Assembly (NCBI GenBank): GCA_964016885.1
Contig: OZ024748.1
Span: forward strand, 18,228,001 to 18,292,000
Length of the DNA: 64,000 bases
Direction of reading: 5' to 3'
Origin: Eledone cirrhosa
Taxonomy: Eukaryota
The notes below the pieces were generated by a model that made no database searches, had not been told where the DNA came from, and saw only the letters and a program-made list of their open reading frames with translations. A program made the translations under genes and the position numbers. Below, one piece after another: positions 55,106-64,000 of this stretch. Every line of letters starts with the position of its first letter. Position 1 is the first letter of the stretch.

Positions 55106-55841
55106 TTACTTTGAATAAATAATAATGAATATTGCATAATTTATCTACTAAATTTCATGGCTGTTCATTAAATATATTTTATTATTTATTTAAAGATTCA
55201 CTTTTTTTAAATTTTCAAATGTCAACACTTCCGGTGAAGATCGCTTAAATAAACATATTAATTTTCTGTCACTAATTTTCTCCTAATGCAGTTTATATAT
55301 AATATCATCTTTTTTTTAATGTATCATGGATTACGTTACTGATTAAATAAGACAATGTAGCACAGTCTTCGTTCAATTTCTGTGTATATTGCCATTTACG
55401 ATTTTATTTGATGTATCATATCTATATATATATATATACTTGCGTATAATATACACACTACAACATGCTAGCAGAAAACCACCCGAAGGGTTGTTTTTCT
55501 GCTAGTATAATTAATAACCTCGCACATTAATCAGAGAGAACACCAGAACTAGAAGTAGAAATATAAAAATTCAAGCCTGCAGTTTGAAGAGACCCCATTG
55601 AAAGTCAGTGCCACCTTTCTCTTCAGAAAATAAACACTTATATTCTGCTCATAAGTATTGAGTACTCATTCAATTAATTGTTTCTACTTTTGGCACAAGG
55701 CCAGTGTATTACTGGTACTTTATTTTATCGACGCTGTAAGGATGAAAGGCAAAGTTAACCTACTCATTCAATTAATGTTTGACTGTTCTATGTATGCATA
55801 TACATAAAACACCTCCTCTCTCTCTCTATATATATATATAT

Positions 55842-56030
55842 AAAATTCAGGATCCCAACGGCTGAGCCCCAGCCGTTTCAACAGCTTGATCCAAACTCAG
55901 TTCAGATCTAGCTGTTGAAATGGCTGGGGCTCAGCCATCGTGATCGTGAATTTTTCATATTACCCACTCTACTACCCCAAGTATCGAGTACTCGGGTGAG
56001 TTATGGTCTATCTGGTTTTTACTGCTTCCA
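55842..56030. mobile_element. TA-embedded element with imperfect terminal palindrome (family of 6370-6567)
   Basis: GGCTGAGCCCCAGCCGTTTCAACAGCT...AGCTGTTGAAATGGCTGGGGCTCAGCC plus the shared flank ATTACCCACTCTACTACC. Confidence 0.8.
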
Positions 56031-56388
56031 TTCTAATATATGAAGAAAAAGCAATGAAGTTTCATTACATGTTTTTATTGATTATCACCCTGTTATGTAA
56101 GTAAATCACTGAATCACCTACATTATATATTTATATATGTATGTGTATATATGTATATATATTATGTTTGGTTGACTGGTACTCAAGTTTCACCAAGCCA
56201 GCTAAGAAACATATAGCATATATGGAGTCTCCTTATCAGTAAATGTTTTATTATATTCAAACCTATAAATTCACAACACAGCATTCTGTCGCAGCGTCTG
56301 CATCAATTGCCAGACTGCCTCGATAACAATTCTCTGTTTATATTTTGCCGTAACCCAGAAGTTGATTACTAAATCTTTATTCTTAATT

Positions 56389-56433
56389 ACACCTGACGAT
56401 GTAAGCTGCCAGCCATAGAAATACGTATTGCGT
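56389..56433 (+). ncRNA. Degenerate hammerhead motif in PDK intron 1
   Basis: ACAC-CTGACGA-TGTAAGCTGCCAGCCATA-GAAA-TACGTA-TT-GCGT. Mismatches in stems I and II. A relative is near 34250-34300. Confidence 0.55.
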
Positions 56434-56504
56434 TTTTACAAAACATTAAAAGAATGTATTGGAACCCAACCTTGTTTTTTCATTGAAATATATACATAAG
56501 AATG

Positions 56505-56714
56505 AGTGCTGAAAAGTTCCTGGCTTTAAGGGTATCGCGAAAGGGTGGGGCTGTTACCTTTACAGGGGAGGTAGGACTGCTGCAATAAGTGTGTAAATCT
56601 GAGAGGGGAATATGTTGAATAAAATCATAATTAACTGATCCTCCTGTATTTTATTTTAATGATCCTCTTGTATTTTCTTTTACCCAATGCTAAGAACTTT
56701 TCAGCACCCCTCAT
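56505..56714. mobile_element. mariner-type MITE
   Basis: TIRs GTGCTGAAAAGTTC / GAACTTTTCAGCAC. Confidence 0.65.
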
Positions 56715-57243
56715 TTATATATTATTGGTGACTTGGTAATGAATTGCTTAAAAAAGTCAATGTTATATTGTGCTCAGGACAGTATTTTGAACTTGTACCA
56801 ATTTAATGTGATTTCTCACTTGTATTTAATATCATGTAATACATAATTTCTTGTGGCTGAAATAGCAACACCAGGAGCAACATACAGACAATTTGTTTTA
56901 TATATGTATGGGATACGGGATAACCTTTTAATTGTGCCAAGGACATGACAGTCTCTCTAGTGTTAGTGATCACAAAAAAGCATCCAGTACATGTTGTAAA
57001 GTGGTTAGTGTTGGGAAGTGGAATCTAGCTGTAGAAAGCTTGCCAAACAAGGGGTTGGGAGGACCCTTCAGTTTGTATCAAAAGATATGACAACTTCTCT
57101 TCTTTACTTGATAGAATGTATGACCATACATAAGCAGGATGCAGACCCCTCAGCCTGTCTGGGAGATCAGTAGCCCCGCTTCAGTACTGACTTCGTCTAT
57201 GTAGACACATCCAATCCTTGCTAGCGGGGAAAGCGGACATTAA

Positions 57244-57420
57244 CCCATTAGCATTTACATTGCTCTATATTTACTATTGTATTTTCCTGGTAAAGCTTTT
57301 ATCTTACATAATAATCTCACATAATATCAAATCTATGAGATTTTGATATTATTTATTTTGAGAACAATACTTTAATGTCGTTATAAATGGCCGGTTACAG
57401 CTAGTTTAAATGTTAAAGGG
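57244..57420. mobile_element. piggyBac-type MITE
   Basis: TTAA-CCCATTAGCATTTA...TAAATGTTAAAGGG-TTAA, about 100 bp upstream of PDK exon 2. Confidence 0.8.
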
Positions 57421-57517
57421 TTAAATGATGATGATAACGATATGTTAAATACCTGTTGTAATTACATTTAAATGTTAGAATCTAATTTGTTTCTTCTGTT
57501 TCTATTGACAACAACAG

Positions 57518-57659
57518 GTAGTCAAAATGCTTGTGAAAGGACTTCATTTGAATTTCTACGTAAAGAGTTGCCTGTTAGGCTTGCCAATATAATGAAGGAG
57601 ATCAACCTCCTTCCTGACAATCTTTTACAAATGCCATCAGTGGCTATGGTACAGAGTTG
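57518..57659 (+). CDS. PDK: Pyruvate dehydrogenase kinase coding exon 2 (142 nt)
   Basis: (G)[46 protein letters not shown](W) carries the hallmark ELPVRLAN. Pyrimidine tract plus CAG acceptor, in phase with exon 1. Donor TG|GTGAGT. The gene continues beyond the window. Confidence 0.97.
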
Positions 57660-58846
57660 GTGAGTATTTCACTTACCTTTATTTATTATATCTTAATATA
57701 AATTTCTGCAATTCTGTCACAAGACGTAATGAGAGAGGAGTAGTTTGACTACCTCATACTACTCCTCTCTTTTTACGATTGCTGCCTGCATGAATGTATG
57801 TGTGTGTAAAAGGAAGGAAAGGAGTGGTGAAAAAACTATAGCAAAACAGCGGCTGGCATTCCATTTGCTATGTGAGTGTGTGTTTGTGTAAATGTATGTG
57901 TGTGTTTGTATGAATGTATGTCTGAGTGTGTATTTTTGTAAGTGTGTCTGTGTTTGCACATTTATATTTGTATACTCATACATATAAATGTATGCATATG
58001 CACATGCAGACACGCACAGACATATACACATACACGTCGGCGTATGGAAAAAATTGTAGTCTTCCATATTTCAGAGGCTATATTTGGTTATAGCAAATAT
58101 CTTCATCTCTTCTGAGACTGTGTTGCAACTAAAATAATTACATTGGGGGGAAAAACTCATTTTAGCCATTCAAATACAAAAAAAGAAAAAAAACAATTAC
58201 ATGGAAACTGATAAATTCACTTTACATTTGACATATATTTCTTGGTGTTGACATTTTTGTCACATTGTTTGTGTCTGGTCACTGGAACTGTGTCAAAATT
58301 TGTGACCTAGTCACTGGAACTGTCAAAATTTTACATAAGAACTATATGTTAAGTTATCTTAGAATGAAATCATAATTTTAGTAAATCTCTCAAAATTCTT
58401 CATTAATTAATTAAAATAGAAATTAGAAATAGAAGCTTTGTTTTTGACTAAAGAAATTTTAGCCTGATAGTGGGGTTTAGAACCCTCTAAGAAAATGGAA
58501 AAATTTCTTTAGTAAAAAAAATATGGCGAAAACTTCTATTTCTAATTTCAAACTCGCTCGCTGTTTCAAAACATACCTGTAATTAAAATAGTTAATTTCA
58601 TTAGAAATATTGTTGTGAAAAGGTTAACTAAAATATTCTTATGATTTGCCATTTATCCATGCAAAGTTGGAAGTGTTTCAATATCTGGTTGTAGTGTTGT
58701 TAGTAACTAACAAAGGTTACATCTCTTTACAATATCAAGATAGTTACAAACTTTTGATAATAGGTGTATCCACCTGGCTAAAATTACATTCAACAAGATA
58801 AAAAGGTGGGTAAGATAATAACATATAACTAATATAATGTTTAATA

Positions 58847-59190
58847 TTAACCCTTTTATGACCACAGTTCTAATGAAATAACCCTTTTGTGGTCACAGTT
58901 CTAATGATATTACCCTATTGTGACCACAGTTCTAATGAAATAACCCTTTTGTGGCCATATTTCTAATGAATAACCCTTTTGTGGCCACAATTCTAACGAA
59001 ACAACCCTTTTATGGCCACATTTCTAACGAAACAACCCTTTTATGGCCACATTTCAAACGAAACAATACTTTTGTGGCCACATTTCTAACGAAATAACCC
59101 TTTTGTGGCCACATTTCTAATGAAACAACCTCTTTGTGGCCACAGTTCTAATGAAATAACCGTTTCTTGACCACATTTCTAATAAAACAT
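58847..59190. repeat. 31-bp minisatellite, about 11 units
   Basis: (AACCCTTTTGTGGCCACATTTCTAATGAAAT)n. Confidence 0.92.
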
Positions 59191-59391
59191 TGTTTTCTAC
59201 ATCTATTTTGAGCTGATTTCTGGTCACTAAAGCTCTGAGGAGTTGACAAAGGAATGTGACAATTAGGGAGATGCTGTACTGAGGAAGACTCATTCAACCC
59301 ATGCAAGCATGGAACAATAGATGTAGAATGATGATGATTGTCTCATGGATCCTAGTTGAGAATTGTTGGTTTTTAGATTGTTAGTTTAGAT

Positions 59392-59535
59392 AAGTCATGG
59401 GCAAAACTGTGGCCTGTTTGGCTTTCTGAATGGTACACCTAATTTCAAAATTTGAAATTTTTTAGTAGAGTGGCCCACCTTATGGTGAGACACATACTAT
59501 GTGGTTCACTCCTTGAAAAAGGTTGCCCATGCCTG
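59392..59535. mobile_element. hAT (Charlie-like) MITE
   Basis: TIR AAGTCATGGGCAA / TTGCCCATGCCTG. Perfect 8-bp TSD GTTTAGAT. Confidence 0.8.
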
Positions 59536-61054
59536 GTTTAGATTAGCAAGAATAAATGTTCCAACCCTTGCTAGCAGAGAAAGCAGACGTTAAAACTACA
59601 ATGATGATGATTATGATGATATGTTATATAAGAAGCACTAACCAAATAGCCCCTCCCCCTCTCCTTCTCTCCATAGTATGTTTATCTATCTGTAGGGACA
59701 ACAAAACTATAATTGATAAGATATTAAATTATGTACACAGTCACTTATCTTAGGGTAACATAGCACAATTTGCTTTGAACCCTTAACATCCTGTACTGAT
59801 TTAGAAAATATATTTTAAAAAACAAGTGTGTTTATTCAAATGATTGTAATATCTTACTAGTTGACAAATCGCTGTGAACATTTTTGAAATTATTTCCTAA
59901 CATCCTGGAATAATTTAGCAGAAAATATCTCAAAACTGATTTGTTTATTAAAATATTTATAGTATATACACTAATGGACAGATTGTTGTGAAAAATTGGC
60001 AATATTAGAAAAAAAACTTTAATTTTTAGTATAATACAGTTAAAATTATGTCTACTTTTCAAGAGTGTCTTGCTAATGTGTTACAGAACATTAAAAGTTA
60101 AATTAATACAACACAAGGGCTTTAAGACCATTTTCCTTGCTAGAGCAGAGGTTAGCCATATGGACACCATGATAGGCTTCTTATTCATTCATAAGACACT
60201 TTTTGAGACAATATTTTGTAAGTCGCCACTTACAACATACAGGGATTTGGTGAACCTAGAGTGGATGAATTCCTCAGAGATAACCACCATCCATCCACCC
60301 TAACTATGGGTCAAATAGCTTCACCAACCCACAATTGGCCAAGCATGATAAGTATAGCTACACTCCTAACATGACCAAAACCCAACAGAAAGCGATGGAG
60401 GTCAACCAAAGAGGGGTTTCTTCAACAGGAGTGAGAAGGCCCTGGATTGGGATTGGGTTCTATACTGATTCACACAGCACATTATAATTTATCTTCAATA
60501 AAATGAAATGTATTGTCTGTGTGTGTGTATGATTGTAATTATGTGTATGTGCTTCTCATTGTGTGTATGCATGTGTGCATTTTAGTACACATGTAAATGC
60601 ATGTGAGCATTTATAGGAGTATGTGTTTGAGATAGACAGCTGTGCATGTCTGTGTATGTATATAAGTATGTGTGTCTGTATGTATATATGTGTGCGTGTG
60701 TGAGTACGTTGTTATATTTGGCAGTGTACCAAAATGAAGTGACTTATTACAGATGCTGGCACCAACTGATAGTGCTACCACCACGGCCATTGCTACTAAC
60801 ATCACCACCATCACTATAACCACCACTACTACCATCACCACTACCACCACCTGATACATTAGGGGGAGACAACTAATGGAAGAAGACGAATCAACTATTT
60901 TTAGATAAAACTTCTTTCTTTATCTATTTTGGAATATAATTTGGTAAAGTAAGGTGAATGTAGCGGAATTCCTGTAGCAGAGAAATCTAAGACTTCTTAT
61001 TTTGGTAAATAACAGATCTTTGTTTGTGTTAGATTCACTCTTCTTGATGTAGTC

Positions 61055-61380
61055 AATGATGATGATTGTTGTGAAGAGATATGGAATGAGATGGATGGAT
61101 CACGTGTTGAGGAAGGATGAAAGTAACTGGGTGAGAGGTTTGATGGGAATAGAGCCAGTGATGATTGTTGTGAAGAGAAATGGAATGAGATGGTGAGATG
61201 GCTGGGTCATGTGTTGAGGAAAGATGAGAGGAGTGATGAAAATGAATGTGGAAGGCAGTAAAGGAAAGAGAAGACCTAGAAAAATATGGCTAGGGGTGAT
61301 GGAGGAGGAAATGAAAGCCAGTGGGTTAGTGAGAGGGGGTGGTGCAGGTGATAGGACAAAGTGGAGGAGCTTGTTGAGCT
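61055..61380 (+). mobile_element. Decayed RTE LINE 3' fragment with internal duplication
   Basis: MRWMDHVLRKDESNWVR and EGSKGKRRPRKIW. The block TGATGATTGTTGTGAAGAGA..GGAATGAGATGG is repeated. Confidence 0.7.
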
Positions 61381-62332
61381 CCCCCCCCCCCCCCCCCCCC
61401 GTATATAGGCAGGGTTCAGCCTTAAAATGTTTGGTAATCAATATAAGACAAAACGAGTGGTGGGTTGGCAGAATTGGTAGATCATCGGATAACATGCCAC
61501 TGAGGTGTTGTAACTCCCCACTCCCCCCCCCCCTCTCACTGACCAAAAAACATAACTGATACTCCTCCTCCATCCCCCTCCCACTGACCAAGACTCCTAA
61601 CTGATACTCCCCCTCCTTCCTCCTCCACTGACCAAGACATCTGCTCCTGTCCCCTCCTTGTTGTTATAGCTTTGTAACATTTTGATATAACTCTACCGAA
61701 ACATTTTAACTCATCTATGTTCAACTCATTAACTGCTTAATGAACACAACCACGGGGATATGGTTCGAACGTGGAAGGGCCGAACTCCCACTGTCACCGC
61801 CTCCATCTCTCTGTATGGTGTGCAAATGGGGTCCCATGTGCTGACCTCCCACAGCCCCGGCGGACAGAATGGAGAAGGCATTTCCCAGGAGGATGGTAAA
61901 GGAGATGTACTGGAAGAGCCATTCCAACTCACGAGGCTCACACCTGCAGCTGGCCAGCTCAGTACCTTGCTGTTGCCATTGTTGTTGTTATGGCTATAGC
62001 AGTTACTATAGCTGTTGCTGTTGTAGCTATAACAGTTGCTATTGCTGTTGTTACAGCAGTTGTTGTTGTAGCAGTTGCTATAGAGGTTGTTGTTTCCAGG
62101 TGGCTGCTGCCCTTTAGATTACTAGTTAATTAATGAAGCATTGATGTAAAACCAGATAAAGGTGGGACCTCTGTACAGCTGATTAATATACTAGAGATAG
62201 AAGCTAATGTTTCCTACCAAACCACACCTTACCTCACCCTACATCCTCATCAGCTTTACAGATGGGACCTCTGTACAGCTGATTGAGCTGCTAGAAATAG
62301 AAACTAATGTCTCTCTAAACCACACCCTACAT

Positions 62333-62738
62333 CAGGGGTTGGCAACTTCTTTGCCTCCACAGGCCAGATTGAGTATTAATGACGGATAGTGGGCCGGATG
62401 AAGGCCATAAAAGAATAATTATGGAAAATTACACAAGCTAAAATTTAATCACGAGTGTTGACTATACTTTAAAATAATTTGTATTAACCACAGATGAATG
62501 TAGTAATGCGATGAATTTTTTATGTTTTTGCTGTCAAAGCATTCACATCCGGTTGGTGATGGACATTAGGTAGAGTGAATCATAAGATTTGTGGAAGAAT
62601 ATAACAGCAGGCCTTTTATTGTATTCAAAAGTCTCGTCTCTCATATTACAATAAATTTAAATTTTAAATAAACAACTCATTGGGCATCAGTGTTCGTGGG
62701 CCAGATCCGGCCCACGGACCATAGGTTGTCGACCCCTG
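62333..62738. mobile_element. hAT (Charlie-like) non-autonomous transposon
   Basis: TIR CAGGGGTTGGCAAC / GTTGTCGACCCCTG. 8-bp TSD CCCTACAT/TCCTACAT. Subterminal GTGGGCC motifs. It interrupts a local tandem repeat. Confidence 0.85.
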
Positions 62739-64000
62739 TCCTACATCATCCTCATCAGTTTTACACCAACCAACTGGCACAGATGGCATCTCTGTACAGA
62801 TGATTGATCTACTAGAAATAGAAGCTAATACCTCCTACTAAACCACACCCTACCACATCCTACATCATCATAATCATCAGTTTTACATCCTCCTCTTCAT
62901 GCTGTCTCAGATGGGACCTCTGTACAGCTGATTGATCTGCTAGAAATAGAAGCCAATATCCGTTTTCCCTTCTAGCAATGGTTGAAAATGTCGTCTCAGA
63001 CTGGTCAGTGGTCAAGTGAAGTTACTGACCCCTCAGATGAGTCAGGGGCCCACATCTTGGTTTCAAGCATTCCCATATCTTGCTTACAAGCGTTCTCATA
63101 CTTTATGAAGTGCTCCGTCGAGTCAGGGACCCATTTGGATGAATGTGGTTGTAACCCCTTTGGTCCTATAGATTTACTGAAGTCAATTCTTCTCTCTCAC
63201 TCGCTAGCAGTGGATTCAGCAACATGTGTAAACACATGCATAAACACATTCACACATAAACACATTCACACATAAACACATTCACACATAAGCACATTCA
63301 CACATAAGCACATTCACACATAAGCACATTCACACAAAAACACATTCACACATAAGCACATTCACACACACCTATATATACACACACCCACATATACAAA
63401 CACTCACATATACAGACACTCACATTCACACACCTACATATACACACACCCACATATACAGACACTCACATTCACACACACACCCACATATACAAACACT
63501 CACATATACAAACACTCACATATACAAACACTCACATATACATACACTCACATTCACACACCTACATATACAGACACTCACATTCACACACACATCTACA
63601 TATACACTTACATATACAAACTCATATATACACACCTGCAACATACACATGTATGCAATCACATACACACACACCTGCATCATACACATGTACACCCACT
63701 GTATACACACATATATATACACACATGTGTACACAGTGAAATGTTTCCAATTTAAATTCAATAATCACAGAAATAAATTTGATTTGAAATAGAAATTGTT
63801 TTATCCCCACCCCCTAACCTGACCCCTAAATCAATATTTACCAAATTAACAAGATATTCCAGATCATGTGTCATGTCTAATTATTGATACATGATCTTCA
63901 GTTAAAATAGATTTTATGGAAAACATTTGATCTTTGCTCCACTCAGATTCGTCTAGTTCTACTCCACCTGGTCCTCTCCAATCCATCTGGTCCACTCCAC

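Noticed and set aside
61869-62117. Cys-rich ORF (metallothionein/keratin-associated-like)
   Set aside because: Derived from degenerate (TGT/TGC) simple repeat in an intron.
57660-64000. PDK exon 3
   Set aside because: No segment resembling the expected continuation (Y..SF.E/D) was found. It probably lies beyond the window.

Overview
AT-rich, microsatellite-saturated animal genomic DNA. The repeat content suggests an octopus-type cephalopod; this is inference. There is one 200-N gap at 2940-3139. The only host gene I can support is the 5' part of a mitochondrial pyruvate dehydrogenase kinase (PDK) gene on +: exon 1 CDS 44757-44901, a 12.6-kb intron, and exon 2 at 57518-57659. The rest is mobile DNA: RTE, R4/Dong-like and CRE-like LINE fragments, two tRNA-derived SINE families, hAT, Tc1/mariner, piggyBac and Mutator-type MITEs, a Helitron and many minisatellites. 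The main hidden signal is a dense set of short elements lodged in (TA)n arrays. They carry more than a dozen minimal type I hammerhead ribozyme motifs (CUGANGA - stem II - GAAA - self-complementary stem III - UH - stem I). Many sit in 95-414 bp fold-back palindromes, and several fold points fall on the ribozyme itself. This fits non-autonomous Penelope-like/retrozyme-like elements. All folds and alignments were done by eye. Most of the supplied ORF track is simple-repeat noise.
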